Positions 17,755-28,324 of a DNA stretch of 64,000 bases are shown here, piece after piece. The notes beneath the pieces were generated by a model that saw only the letters and a program-made list of their open reading frames with translations, was not told the DNA's origin and searched no databases. How positions within the stretch are numbered: the stretch's first letter is position 1; every line of letters begins with the position of its first letter. This DNA is from Chloroflexota bacterium (GTDB lineage Bacteria; Chloroflexota; UBA11872; VXOZ01): the NCBI GenBank assembly GCA_964291655.2, contig OZ219802.1, forward strand, positions 1,312,001 to 1,376,000. Direction: 5' to 3'. The position numbers were made by a program, and so were the translations under genes.

Positions 17755-18867
17755 TTATTGTCGCGCCTGCAAGACTGCCCGGAGGCGCTCGGCGACGATT
17801 TCCGCTTCGCCGGGCTGGAGGGTCATGGGACTGATGAGTATGCCCTCCTCGTTGAGCCGCACGTCGATTGAGGGTTCACCTTCCCGCAAGGCGCGCGCAA
17901 CGGCGGCGGCCTGTTTGCCGCTCTCACCCCCAAATCTGATCTGCGCGTGGGGCACGATATCCCAACTGGCGCCTTCATCCTTGCGGCGCACTTCTCCGCT
18001 TACGCCTTCCAGGCCGTGCGCGGCTGCCGCAACCGTACGCATCTGTTGTTCCCAGTCATCAAGCTCCGCTGCTTCGTCTTGCGCCAGGTAGAGATCCACT
18101 GCTTTCAGCAGCCCCATAATCTCTTCTTTGCCTACCTTCATACCCCGTCCCACCGCGCTCTGCGGACTGCCGTTCAGGCGCGCCGCTGCCACGAGATCGG
18201 GTCTTCCCAGCACGAGGCCTGTGGCCTGCGGTCCGCGCATGCCCTTGCCGCCGCTGAAGATTACAAGGTCGGCGCCCAGCCCCACGACCTCCGCGAGGTT
18301 GGAGCGAGGCGGCAGTTGGGCGGCGGCGTCCACGATCACCGGCACGCCGCGCTCATGCGCTCCGGCGATGACCTCGATCAACTGTTGCCTGGTCTGTTTG
18401 CCGAGGAAGTGCACCACCGCCGCCGTGCGGTCCGTGATCGCGCCGATCAGTTCCTCTGATGTCACGCCCGTGCTGGTGCCGGCGGCCACCAGTACGCCAC
18501 CAACAACGCGAAAACCCTGATGAACGTACGTGTGCTCGTCCACGTAGCTAATCACAAACTCGTTCTTGCCGCTCGGCACTTCCGGTATTGCACGGATCAG
18601 ATCAGTGTCCGTGCCGGTCAAGCAGGCTGCGGCCGCCACGAGCATACCGCTGGCGGCGCCACAGGCAATAAACGCGGCCGGTACGCCAATCTTCGCTGCC
18701 AGCCATTTGCCCGCCTCTTCGTGCAGCTCGTCAAGTCCGACAAAGCTGCGGGAAGCCTGTACCATGGCCTCCACCACCGGTTCCGGCATCAGGCTGCCAC
18801 CCAGCGTCGTTACGGTGCCGCTGGCGTTGATGAACGTGCCGACTTTCAGATCGTCATACGTAATCAT
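17755..18867 (-). CDS. SelA-like / DgaE-like PLP-dependent enzyme (short form)
   Basis: INASGTVTTLGGS, VDAAAQ, FSGGKGMRGPQ (PLP lysine), GRGMKVGKEEI; start MITYDDL after an RBS. Confidence 0.8.
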   Translation of the reverse strand: MITYDDLKVGTFINASGTVTTLGGSLMPEPVVEAMVQASRSFVGLDELHEEAGKWLAAKIGVPAAFIACGAASGMLVAAAACLTGTDTDLIRAIPEVPSGKNEFVISYVDEHTYVHQGFRVVGGVLVAAGTSTGVTSEELIGAITDRTAAVVHFLGKQTRQQLIEVIAGAHERGVPVIVDAAAQLPPRSNLAEVVGLGADLVIFSGGKGMRGPQATGLVLGRPDLVAAARLNGSPQSAVGRGMKVGKEEIMGLLKAVDLYLAQDEAAELDDWEQQMRTVAAAAHGLEGVSGEVRRKDEGASWDIVPHAQIRFGGESGKQAAAVARALREGEPSIDVRLNEEGILISPMTLQPGEAEIVAERLRAVLQARQ

Positions 18868-19072
18868 GTACCGCTCCTCTTGCTGCTGCGGGTCTCCCTC
18901 GTATCGGGAAGTGCCCATAAAGTTTTCGCGACCATTCGGTAGCCGCTGACAGTTTCCTTGATTGGTTCGTTCTTGTCCATCTCGCCAAGAGGCGGGGGAC
19001 AAGCCCCCACGCTACAGCTTGTGAGAAACCCTTACCATGCATTGCATGCGCACAATTGCCAACGTTCAGCGC

Positions 19073-19945
19073 CTAGATGCGGTAAAGCTTCTCGGCATTT
19101 CTTGAAAACAGCGCAACCTGCTCATCACGGCTGAAGCCTGAGACTATCTCCGTGTAAGCGTCGATCTGGTTGTCGTACGTGCTCCAGAGCCAGTCCACCG
19201 GCCAGTTGGTGCCGAAGATGCAGCGTTCGACGCCAAACGTCTCGATGGACGCGAGCACCCAGCGCCGGATGCTGTTTAACGTCCAGGTCTGGTCGCTCAT
19301 GCCGAGACCGGAAATCTTCCAGCGGATATTGTCGCAGGTGGCTGCAACCTCAAGGCCGCCCTTCCACAGTGCAAAGTACTCGTCCGTGCGCTCCTCTGGG
19401 AGTCCGGTGTGATCAACAACGATCATGACATTGGGGTACTTGCCCGCCAAGTCCCGGAGTTTTCCCATGTCCTGCCACGTTACGGCAATGCTCGACACAA
19501 GGTTGTACTTCTCTAAGTGGGCGAAACCACGCTGAAAATCAGGCGCAACCAGATAGTCACCGTAGGAGAAGTCCCGTATGCCCCGCATGTTAGGAGATTG
19601 ACAGTGCCGCTCCAGCACGGCCTCCACGCCAGGATCGCGCAGATCGGCGTAGGCAACGATGGCGTGAGGGAAACCCGTGCGGTCGGCGGCAGTTTGCAGC
19701 CACTCGGTCTCCGTAACCGGGTCCGGGCTGCCGATGGCGGCCTGCACGTGGATGGCTTTGGTGACGTTGGCGTTGCGGGTCTCGGCGATGTAGTCTTCGG
19801 CAAGATAGTTGCGCTCTGCCAGGCGCTGGATCTGTTCTCCCAAAGCGGGATGGGGTACGCCGGGCTGCCAGTGGCCGTAGACGAGCTCCGGGTGCTGCAT
19901 GTCGTAGAAGTGGACGTGCGCATCGACGAACGCCAGCTTGTCCAT
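19073..19945 (-). CDS. Amidohydrolase_2 family (sugar-lactonase-like)
   Basis: DAHVH, IHVQA, VDHTGLP, KISG, FGTNWPV. Confidence 0.8.
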   Translation of the reverse strand: MDKLAFVDAHVHFYDMQHPELVYGHWQPGVPHPALGEQIQRLAERNYLAEDYIAETRNANVTKAIHVQAAIGSPDPVTETEWLQTAADRTGFPHAIVAYADLRDPGVEAVLERHCQSPNMRGIRDFSYGDYLVAPDFQRGFAHLEKYNLVSSIAVTWQDMGKLRDLAGKYPNVMIVVDHTGLPEERTDEYFALWKGGLEVAATCDNIRWKISGLGMSDQTWTLNSIRRWVLASIETFGVERCIFGTNWPVDWLWSTYDNQIDAYTEIVSGFSRDEQVALFSRNAEKLYRI

Positions 19946-20244
19946 GAACGAAATCTCCTCAGCCCCAGGGCTTCTCTGTGCCACTCAAGAGTTTTCCGTC
20001 GTTCCCGCTTCTCATCAGTCATTCCCAAGAAATAGCACGACGGACTCAGTCATTCCGGCGAAAGCCGGAATCCATCCTCTCTGCGCGCCCTGGATTCCGG
20101 CCCCGTATCGCGTACGGGTCTGGCTCTTCGGCAAGCTCAGAGCAGGCTTTTTGCCGGAAAGACGGGGGTGGGGCGTTTGTTTTCTTGCCAAGGGCGGACA
20201 AGCACGTCGACCGTTCTCCTCGTCGATCACAAGTTGTCGAGCCA

Positions 20245-21312
20245 CTAGCGTAGTGAATCAACTCTCACAGCCCGTCCCGAAGCCGCCGACCGGTACCCCG
20301 CATCCAAGAACTCGACAACCCGCGCGCCCACCTCGCCCGGAGCGCGGTTTTCGCCCACGCCCAAGATGACGTCGACAAGCCCCCGCGCCGGCAAGTGCGC
20401 CGGATAGCGCTCCTCCTCGGAAAGGTCTACAAACTCATCGGCAGTGCCGTCGTTGTACTGGGCCTCTAAGCGGCCTCCGGCCATATCCTGGCGCAGAACG
20501 CCGTTGCTGCCCGTATACACAAACCCCTGATCGAGCCGCTGGTGCGGACGCATGGCGCCGGTGGAGGCCATGGTGCCCATTGCCCCGTTGTCCAATCGGA
20601 AGCTGAACGCGTTGACTATGTCCACTGCCAGATCGTAATTCTCCATGTAGGCAAAAACCTCAACCGCCCGGCGGCCGGTGACCCACAACGCCATGCCCAT
20701 CGGGTGCGTCACCTGCAAGTGTCCCTGACCGCCGCCCGCCATCTGTGGGTCTGAATAGCTTTCGGCCTCAGGGCCGGTCACGGGGAAACCGAAGGCCTCC
20801 GCGTAGTCTTGCGGTCTACCCCGCAGGTAGGATTCGACCCAGGACGTGAAAATGCCGGACACCATCTGCAGTTCGCCAATTTTGCCGGACCGCACGATCT
20901 CCCGCGCCGCCTGCGCATGGCGTGTGAACTGGCTGGTGTAACCGACCATCAGATGCGCCTGATTGCGTTCGGCGCGTTCTACCAAGTCCCAGGCGTCGGT
21001 AGCGGTGAGCGTCATCGGCTTCTCAACGAGCACGTGCACGCCCGCGTCCAGCGCGTCGCGGGCGGCCTCGTAGTGGTAGGCGTGCTGCACGGCGATCACA
21101 ACTCCGTCGACGCCTGCCGCCAGCAGGTCCTGATGACTGTCGTAAGTCCGGGGAATGTCGTAGTAGTCGGCGGCGGTCTTTGCCTTTGCCGGTTTGACGT
21201 CGGCAACGCCGACGAGGTCGGCTTTCGCGTACGTCTTCAGGCTGGGGATGTGATGCTGGGTCGCCCACCAACCGGCGCCAATCACGCCCACTCTCACCTT
21301 CGCCATAGCCAT
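20245..21312 (-). CDS. Gfo/Idh/MocA oxidoreductase
   Basis: VGVIGAG, HVLVEKPM. Confidence 0.85.
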   Translation of the reverse strand: MAMAKVRVGVIGAGWWATQHHIPSLKTYAKADLVGVADVKPAKAKTAADYYDIPRTYDSHQDLLAAGVDGVVIAVQHAYHYEAARDALDAGVHVLVEKPMTLTATDAWDLVERAERNQAHLMVGYTSQFTRHAQAAREIVRSGKIGELQMVSGIFTSWVESYLRGRPQDYAEAFGFPVTGPEAESYSDPQMAGGGQGHLQVTHPMGMALWVTGRRAVEVFAYMENYDLAVDIVNAFSFRLDNGAMGTMASTGAMRPHQRLDQGFVYTGSNGVLRQDMAGGRLEAQYNDGTADEFVDLSEEERYPAHLPARGLVDVILGVGENRAPGEVGARVVEFLDAGYRSAASGRAVRVDSLR

Positions 21313-21687
21313 GCTTTCACCTGACACCAATTGTCTCAGCACGTACTGCTGTCCGTGCATTCACGTACGCCAGCCACACTCAAATTGCTCAACAACGGGG
21401 GCAAAAGCGTCTTGTCATTGCTCTGCGGCCTCTGCGCCCAACGGTAGTCATTGCGTGCCGCCTCGCGCCTCCGCATTGCCAGCGCTCACCTGGCTGGTAG
21501 AAGTGGCCGGTCTATCAAGCGCTTTCACGATGACGCGCTTCGATTCTAGGCCTGTATGCAGGTATCTTACCACGTTGGACAGGCTGCGACGGTTGACGAG
21601 CAGGGCGTCGGATTTACAAGTGATATACTTGGACTGGCTAGGCGGCGTATACAGTGAAAGAGCAGATTCGCAAAAGCGCGTGTGCCC

Positions 21688-22533
21688 ATGCAAAGCGTCA
21701 ATTCTGACCCGTTTCTTAGCAAATTCAATCCACTCGACCGCATCCTCTTTGCCGATAACTTCGACACCGGCATGTGCGGCTGGAGCGAGTTGATCGGCAA
21801 CTACGAGGGCAGCCTGGATACGATTCTGCCGCCCTTCCGCGACCTGCGTCCGCCCATGCTGAGCAGCGCGACCATGTGGGACACCGGCACGGCCGGATCG
21901 CTCTCCGGCACGTACTCGCTCAAGCTCGCCACCCGCGCCCGCGCCGGACATCTGGCGGTGGCGGTTAAGCGCGCGACGTGGCGCAAGAAGGGGCGCGTCC
22001 AAGTGGAGTGCTACTTCGCGGTCAAGCCCGAAGCCAGCGCACTGACGCTGGGTGATCACGACGTCGGCAGCTTTGGGGTCTTCTTCGATCTGCAGGACAA
22101 CGAGCAGCGCGCCATGCCGCATCTGCGCTACTGCAATGTCGAACCGGGCATGCCCCGCTACCAGTGGCAATACCGCGATGAACTACCGTCTCGCCACGTG
22201 GTCGGCCACAGCGGTGAGATAAAGTCCTTCTTTCACCTGGACCGGCGCGGCTGGAAAGACATTCCCAACGCGCAGCAGCGGCTCTGCTACAACGAACTGC
22301 CCACCAAGTTCAACTGGCATTACCTGCGGTTTACGTGCGATCTGCATACCATGAATTACGCCGAACTCCAGTGCAATGACCACACGTTTGCCTTGAGCGA
22401 CCTCTCGCCCATTCGCGCGCCCACCGATGCCGACCTCTGGTGCATGCTGAATACGGCCTTCTTTGTTGAGACGGCTACCGACAGGCGGGCATTCCTTTAT
22501 TTGGATTCGGTGGTCGTTTCGCTGGAGGAGTAG
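21688..22533 (+). CDS. Conserved hypothetical protein (resembles DUF6772)
   Basis: Long ORF with typical codon bias; LIGNYE, LRPPMLS..TMWDTGT, YSLKLATR; family assignment from memory only. Confidence 0.55.
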   Translation: MQSVNSDPFLSKFNPLDRILFADNFDTGMCGWSELIGNYEGSLDTILPPFRDLRPPMLSSATMWDTGTAGSLSGTYSLKLATRARAGHLAVAVKRATWRKKGRVQVECYFAVKPEASALTLGDHDVGSFGVFFDLQDNEQRAMPHLRYCNVEPGMPRYQWQYRDELPSRHVVGHSGEIKSFFHLDRRGWKDIPNAQQRLCYNELPTKFNWHYLRFTCDLHTMNYAELQCNDHTFALSDLSPIRAPTDADLWCMLNTAFFVETATDRRAFLYLDSVVVSLEE

Positions 22534-22983
22534 AGACTGCGATATGCCGCGATGCGAAGTGCTGCTTGGACGTGGCGCGGGGGTTTGTCTCCTGCCTCAG
22601 AATGCTTGACCCGTGCCATCGAGCCAAGAGCCCAAGTCAGTGGCTTCTGAACAAAGACTTTGCTGGCTTGGCGATCAGGCACGCAGGTTGCAAACGTGTC
22701 CTGAGCACTTTGGCAGGCCAGTGCTGAGACTGTCGAAGGGCCTGCGCTACCGGAGCGAAAGCACACGATCCGCCTACTTGCAAGGCGATTACGGCCAAGC
22801 TTGGCAGAGCGCACGAGAGATTGGTATATGGTTTACGATCTCGCACCTGTCAAGAAGATAGGATCAGGTTAGCAAAGGGAATTGCGCTAACAAACTCCGG
22901 CTGCTTGCAAGAGTAATGGCACGACATGTCGTGCCATTACAGTGCAGATTTCATAGTGAGGATAGTAAGGGGTTCTAAGGCAG

Positions 22984-23316
22984 ATGCCGCGACAGGTTTA
23001 CACCGCTGTTGTCGAACGCAACGTCACATGGGAAGGCGCTTACACCACGGAACCTTACGAGGCCGGTTGGGCGGCGGAGGCGCTGATCTTCATTCGCGTC
23101 CTTAAGAGTGGTGCTTCCGGCCACAGCGCGGCAGTGCAGGTTTCGCCGGACGGCATCCGTTGGCTGGATGAAGGCACGCGCATACGGCTTCCAGAGCAAC
23201 CGGACGGGCTGACCATGGCCCGGGCAACGCACTTTGGCAACTGGCTCCGGCTCGCGGGCGAACTTCCACCCGGCCAGTCCTGCACGGTGCTGGTCTACTT
23301 CGTACTCAAGGACTAG
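22984..23316 (+). CDS. Conserved hypothetical protein
   Basis: 110 aa, TEPYEAGWA, QVSPDG..W.DEG, HFGNWLR; plausible RBS. Confidence 0.65.
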   Translation: MPRQVYTAVVERNVTWEGAYTTEPYEAGWAAEALIFIRVLKSGASGHSAAVQVSPDGIRWLDEGTRIRLPEQPDGLTMARATHFGNWLRLAGELPPGQSCTVLVYFVLKD

Positions 23317-23541
23317 GGCTAGGATCTCTGAGCAACCAGCCGTGCTCAGTGGACATTGCAAAGTGCGGCGCCACAGTCAATTGCTGCTTCCACAGACGCT
23401 GCGCGAGATAGCTCGGTACAGGCTGCTTCGACCCTTCGGCAGGCCTGTACTGAGCTTGTCGAAGTGCTCGGGACAGACAGGCTCTGAGCCTGTCGCACGG
23501 TAAACGAGCGGAGAGGGCTATCCTTGTGCGGCGAACTCTTG

Positions 23542-24894
23542 CTACTGTTCCGCGCCGTTATACTCTTCAGTCTGTGCGAGACTGCGTAGTTGGGTAAGGT
23601 ACTCTTCCTTGGAAAGCGGCGGCTTGGTCTCTTCCATCACGCGGTGCGCCGTTGCCGCGCCGTTCGACAGCAGATCGACCGCCGTCTGGGCCATGAGCTT
23701 TGCCGGGTTGATGATAGCGTGGTTGGCGTCGGCAAGCAGGAAGTCGTTGCCGTGGCCGGTACCTGTCGCGCCGCCCGCGGCCGGATGGATGCCGCGCACC
23801 ACGTGCATTACGTCACCCATGTCGGTAGAGCCGGTGCCGTGGTCGCGCGTCTTAATGTTGTCTTCACCCACCAGCGACACCGCGTTCTCCCGGTAGAGAT
23901 CAGCTAGCGGTGTGTGGTGAATCATAGGGAAGTAGCCGGGAAACGTCTCGATATCCACGGTCGCGCCGGTCGCCAGCGCACCCGCCTTCAGCGCGCGCTG
24001 CACTTTTTCATTGGCCTCCAGCATGGCCTCCATGGTCTTGCCGCGCACCTTGCCTTCCATCTGCACAAGGGCCGGGATTACGTTGTTTACTTCGCCGCCG
24101 CGCTTGATGATGAAGTGCGCGCGCACCGTGTCCTCTTCGCGGAAAGTCTCACGCTGGTACTGGATTGCCGTGAAGGCCAGCGTCGCCGCATTAAGCGCGT
24201 TGATGCCCCTATGCGGCGCACCGGCGGCATGCGCCGCGCGGCCGTGGTACGTCACGTGCTTGGCCACCGTGCCGTTGCTCGTCCCCGTCATGCAGACTAT
24301 GCCGTCCTCGGCGCTGCTGGTCGTGTGCACCATCATGGCAAAGTCCACGTCGTCGAACGCGCCGAGGCGGATGAATTCCGGCTTACCGCCCAGAAACTCG
24401 ATTGTGCCCTGGTCGCGGAGCGATTGCCGGAAGCCGACCTCCACATACTCCTCCGCCGGCACCGCGATGAAGACGAGTTTGCCGCAAAGGTTTGCGAGCG
24501 CGCCGGACTGCGTAAGGCCCATGGCAGCGCCCAGCATGGACGCAATCTGGTTGTTGTGGCCGCAGGCGTGGGCGGCGCCGGTTTCAGGATGCGCGTGCGG
24601 GTGATCGGGCACCGGCAGCGCGTCCAACTCGCCCATGATTGCCACGGTCGGCCCCGGTCGTCCGGTGTCGAGCTCGGCCTTTACGCCCGTCACGGCGATG
24701 CCCGTCGCATGGGGAATGTCAAGACGGGTTAGCCACTCGTCTACCACGCCAGCAGTCTCGAATTCCTTGTACCCCGTTTCCGGATGCCGCAAGATGCGGT
24801 CCGCGATGCCCGTAATGGAATCGAATTGCCCGTCAATCGTCTCGCTTACGGTCTGCTTGAGTTGCGCCGGGGATATGCCATTCGTTGCGGCCAT
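23542..24894 (-). CDS. M20 family amidohydrolase/peptidase
   Basis: HPETGYKE, GELDAL, HACGHN, PAEE, GRAAHAA, GSTDMGD. Confidence 0.85.
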   Translation of the reverse strand: MAATNGISPAQLKQTVSETIDGQFDSITGIADRILRHPETGYKEFETAGVVDEWLTRLDIPHATGIAVTGVKAELDTGRPGPTVAIMGELDALPVPDHPHAHPETGAAHACGHNNQIASMLGAAMGLTQSGALANLCGKLVFIAVPAEEYVEVGFRQSLRDQGTIEFLGGKPEFIRLGAFDDVDFAMMVHTTSSAEDGIVCMTGTSNGTVAKHVTYHGRAAHAAGAPHRGINALNAATLAFTAIQYQRETFREEDTVRAHFIIKRGGEVNNVIPALVQMEGKVRGKTMEAMLEANEKVQRALKAGALATGATVDIETFPGYFPMIHHTPLADLYRENAVSLVGEDNIKTRDHGTGSTDMGDVMHVVRGIHPAAGGATGTGHGNDFLLADANHAIINPAKLMAQTAVDLLSNGAATAHRVMEETKPPLSKEEYLTQLRSLAQTEEYNGAEQ

Positions 24895-25109
24895 GTTTCT
24901 TCTCCTCGAAAAGTCATAGGCAGTACAAAAGAGGAATGCCACTTGCTTGCGACGTACACACCCCAGAAGCTAATCCGACACTCTCTGTTGCTCCGCAGCA
25001 TGCCAATTTCCTGGGTGCTCGGAGCAGATGGATTCCCGCTTTCGCGGGAATGACGAGTTTCAAGAGCGCATATTTTGTTGTACGCTGGCAAGCTCAAGGC
25101 TTTCCGCAA

Positions 25110-26384
25110 TTATATACGTGCCGTCGCCATGATGCGCGGGATGGTGGATGAGGCGCGCGGCATGATGCCGATGCGCGGCGGGTCGCCGGCGTCCTGTAGT
25201 GCTAAGTCCAGCGCGTCCTCGACGGTGACCGCGGGCATAAGGTGGAGCTTGCGGGCCTGCTCCGGCGGCACTCCACTCGACACAAGATAGGTCTGCGCCT
25301 TCAGCATGCTGCGGGCAAAGAGAAACGCCTTGTGCGCGCCCATGCGGAAGCCTTCATGCTCGAACCGTGTCACCACGTCCTGCGGAGTCTCTGCTGCGGC
25401 CATCCACGCCTCGTACAGGTCGTCGCCTGCCCCTTCCCGGCACTCCGCCGCCAGAATGACGCTGCCGCCGGGGCGCACCAATTCGCAGGCATGCGCCAGC
25501 GCCTTCTGCGCCTGATAGAGATTGATGTCTTTGGGGTAGCCCCCGGGAGACGCAACAACCACATCCATTGGGTAAGGCACTGCGGTCTCGCAGACATCCT
25601 GCACCAGCGGCACTGCTGCCGCCAGCACATCATGCGGATCGCCCGCAAAGACGCGCACTACGTCATTGGCAGCATTGAGCACGACGTTTACCACAAGGTC
25701 TATCGAGAGGAAGTCGGTGAGTTCATCGATATCCTCCCGCACCGGGTTGCCGTCGCAGACGCCCAGCTTGGCTTCCGGATCGCTGAGCATGGAGTGGTTT
25801 GCGGTGATAGTCTCGCTCCCTGCCAGACCGATGAAGGCGCCCTTACAGCCGCCGGTGTAGCCGACGAATTGGTGGGGGTCGATCATGCCGATGATAATGC
25901 GCGTATCTGCCTCGGCAAACGTACGATTGATGGTTACCGGCGTTCCCCGGCTGGTTTCACCCAGCCGCACAAGCTCCGCCGGATCATCGAACACGTGGGA
26001 GACCACATGGTAGCGTCGCGCTACGTCGGTGCCAATCAGTCCTGGGAATTCGTCGGGGGATGCGGCACGATGGTTGCCGGTGCCGACGATTATCGAAATC
26101 TCTTCTTCCTTGACACCCTTTGCGTGAAGCTCAGCCAGCAGGGGCGGCAGAATAAGATGGTTTGGCACGGGACGCGTGGCATCGCTGATGGCGATTGCCG
26201 TCTTGCCCGGCTGCTGCAGCAGTCCCCCGGCCAATGCCCCGCCCAGGGCCCGCTCCACTTCAGCCGCGGGTTCCGGCACGCCTGCTACCGAGCGCGGCTC
26301 GATTACCGTCACATCCGCCGCGTCTGGCACGGGAAAGGTAAGGGCGCCCGCGCCGTACTTAATCGAGTAGTCAGTTAGTGTCAC
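25110..26384 (-). CDS. larA: Lactate racemase LarA family (nickel-pincer) protein
   Basis: SDATRP, GTGNHR, PHQFVGYTGGCK, GGYPKDINLYQAQKA, AECREG; GTG start after GAGG; substrate not determinable. Confidence 0.8.
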   Translation of the reverse strand: MTLTDYSIKYGAGALTFPVPDAADVTVIEPRSVAGVPEPAAEVERALGGALAGGLLQQPGKTAIAISDATRPVPNHLILPPLLAELHAKGVKEEEISIIVGTGNHRAASPDEFPGLIGTDVARRYHVVSHVFDDPAELVRLGETSRGTPVTINRTFAEADTRIIIGMIDPHQFVGYTGGCKGAFIGLAGSETITANHSMLSDPEAKLGVCDGNPVREDIDELTDFLSIDLVVNVVLNAANDVVRVFAGDPHDVLAAAVPLVQDVCETAVPYPMDVVVASPGGYPKDINLYQAQKALAHACELVRPGGSVILAAECREGAGDDLYEAWMAAAETPQDVVTRFEHEGFRMGAHKAFLFARSMLKAQTYLVSSGVPPEQARKLHLMPAVTVEDALDLALQDAGDPPRIGIMPRASSTIPRIMATARI

Positions 26385-26622
26385 GCAGGACAATCCTCGC
26401 AAGTTTCGCACGGCCGCATCGCTCTCGGGAAGCTCCTACCAAACTTGCACCGGGATGGGCCGAGCCAGGTATCCTCTCTCCCGTAGAGAACATTGTGAAA
26501 CTCTTCAAAACAGACGGATTCTTGGCCTGAACGGCATCCATTTCCCCTCATCCCGGCCCTCTCCTCTGGAGACCTTTGCATAACCCCACCCTCAGGCAGG
26601 GGCACTCCCTCTCCCTGGGGAG

Positions 26623-27887
26623 TGTACAGACCGGGGACATAGGTAACAGATGTTCGGGTAGATAGGTTACACATTTTGTGCTCTGAGGTCTATGGTTTTT
26701 ACTCTTTGGATCGAGAAGTACACGTCCCAGACACCGTCCGTTCGGGTGGGTCGCAGGGCGACTTGCTTGTGCGTGAAGGCCCTGCCCACACGGAGCCGTC
26801 TGCCTTGGAAGGAGATGCGGCCGGAGACATCGACGCTGCGTACGCGGTCGTCGGGAGCGTAGGCGAGGGCAGGCAAGGTCTCTGGGAAAGGGCGAGGACT
26901 AGGCGTGTATCTGGTAATGGGAGTGTCGAGATCGAGGGCATGGTGTGGGCGTTCCAAGTTGTAGAAGTGGCGCCAGGTGTCAAAGGCGCGCTGGCAATGG
27001 TCCAGGTCGGTAAAGGTGGTCCCTGCCAGCAGTTCGCTCTTGAGGGAGCGGTGGAAGCGTTCCAGCTTGCCGAGTGTCTGGGGATGGTAGGGTCGGCTGT
27101 GCAGGACGTTGATGCCCAGCTGCATGAGCCAGACGGTGAGGGGCGTGAAGGGCTGGGCACTGTCGTTACCCCAGGGAGAGCCGTTGTCCATGAGCATGGC
27201 CTGGGGCAAGCCGTAGCGGCGAAAGACAGCGGTGAGGCGGTCTTGGACCGTCTCTCCCCGCTCGTTGGCACAGGCCTGTAACCCGAGGTTGAAGCGGGAG
27301 TGATCGTCTAGGAGGGTGAGAGGATGACAGCGGTTCTGCTGCATGACGAAATGTCCCTTGAAGTCCATCTGCCACAGCTCGTTGGGCTGGGGTCGTTCGA
27401 AGCGCACATGGGGCGTGTGCTTGGCGCTCTGGGCTGGATCGATGAGCCCATGGCGTTTGAGAATGGCATTGATGGTGCTCTTGGCCGGCACGTCGGTGAC
27501 CCCCTGGTCCTGCAGCATCCGGCGCAGCACGTGTGCGCCTTTCTTCGGATGCGCCAGGCGCAAGGCGATGATGCGCTCCTCCAGCGCCGGGCGCGTGCGG
27601 TGCGGACACGTGTGCGGCCGCCGCGACCGGTCGTGCAAACCGTCTTCGCCAGCTTTCGCATACCGCTCCAGCGTCTTGTACGCCGTCTTGCGACTGATCT
27701 CCAGACGGCGACACAGCTCGCTGATGTTGGCCCCTTCCATCAGTGCCAGTGCAATGAACTCCTTGCGTTCAGACACAACCGTACTCTCCTTCCAAGGCAT
27801 GGCGCTCCTCCATCTGTAAGAATCTCCATGCCTTAAGGTGTAACCTATGTGCCCGAACATGTGTAACCCATGTACCCGGTCTATACA
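26623..27887 (-). mobile_element. IS481-family insertion sequence, 1265 bp
   Basis: ~50-bp imperfect IRs TGTACAGACCGGGGACATAGGTAACA.. / ..TGTAACCCATGTACCCGGTCTATACA; 5-bp target duplication GGGAG at 26618..26622 and 27888..27892. Confidence 0.92.
26667..27800 (-). CDS. IS481-family DDE transposase
   Basis: MPWKE..., HTH, WQMDFKG, LLDDHSR, MDNGSPW, HPQTLGKLERFH. Confidence 0.93.
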   Translation of the reverse strand: MPWKESTVVSERKEFIALALMEGANISELCRRLEISRKTAYKTLERYAKAGEDGLHDRSRRPHTCPHRTRPALEERIIALRLAHPKKGAHVLRRMLQDQGVTDVPAKSTINAILKRHGLIDPAQSAKHTPHVRFERPQPNELWQMDFKGHFVMQQNRCHPLTLLDDHSRFNLGLQACANERGETVQDRLTAVFRRYGLPQAMLMDNGSPWGNDSAQPFTPLTVWLMQLGINVLHSRPYHPQTLGKLERFHRSLKSELLAGTTFTDLDHCQRAFDTWRHFYNLERPHHALDLDTPITRYTPSPRPFPETLPALAYAPDDRVRSVDVSGRISFQGRRLRVGRAFTHKQVALRPTRTDGVWDVYFSIQRVKTIDLRAQNV

Positions 27888-28324
27888 GGGAGAGGGTTGG
27901 GGTGAGGGAGTTTCTTGGCTGCAATGGCCTCATAAAGTGTTCGTTGTCTAGATATCTCACTTAGAAATAGGCATGCATATGTAGCGAATGCAGGAGATTC
28001 ACCCTCACCCCCGTATCACGTACGGGGCAGGCTCTAGCCCTCTCCCGTCGAGGGAGAGGGAACTCTCTCGCTTCCGCTAGGGTTACGCAAAGGTCTCCCC
28101 TGGGAGAAGGGGTTTACTCGCCGGTAGGCTTGGGTTGTGCAAAGAACTCCCCAGTTAGAATGGGGTTACTTGCCTGCCGGCTTGGGTTTCACAAGGGTCT
28201 CCACGGGAGAGGCACAGCGTGAGGGCACGTCTTTTAGATCCTCCACACTCCCCCCTGACTCTACGGCAGCACCCGCTGCCTGCCAGCCATGGGCGAGCGG
28301 TACACTCAGATGAGATGGCTCTCT

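Noticed and set aside
17755-18867. True selenocysteine synthase serving the nearby selenoproteins
   Set aside because: At ~370 aa it is shorter than canonical SelA and resembles the DgaE/SelA-like group; no selB, selC or selD is nearby, so proximity may be coincidental.
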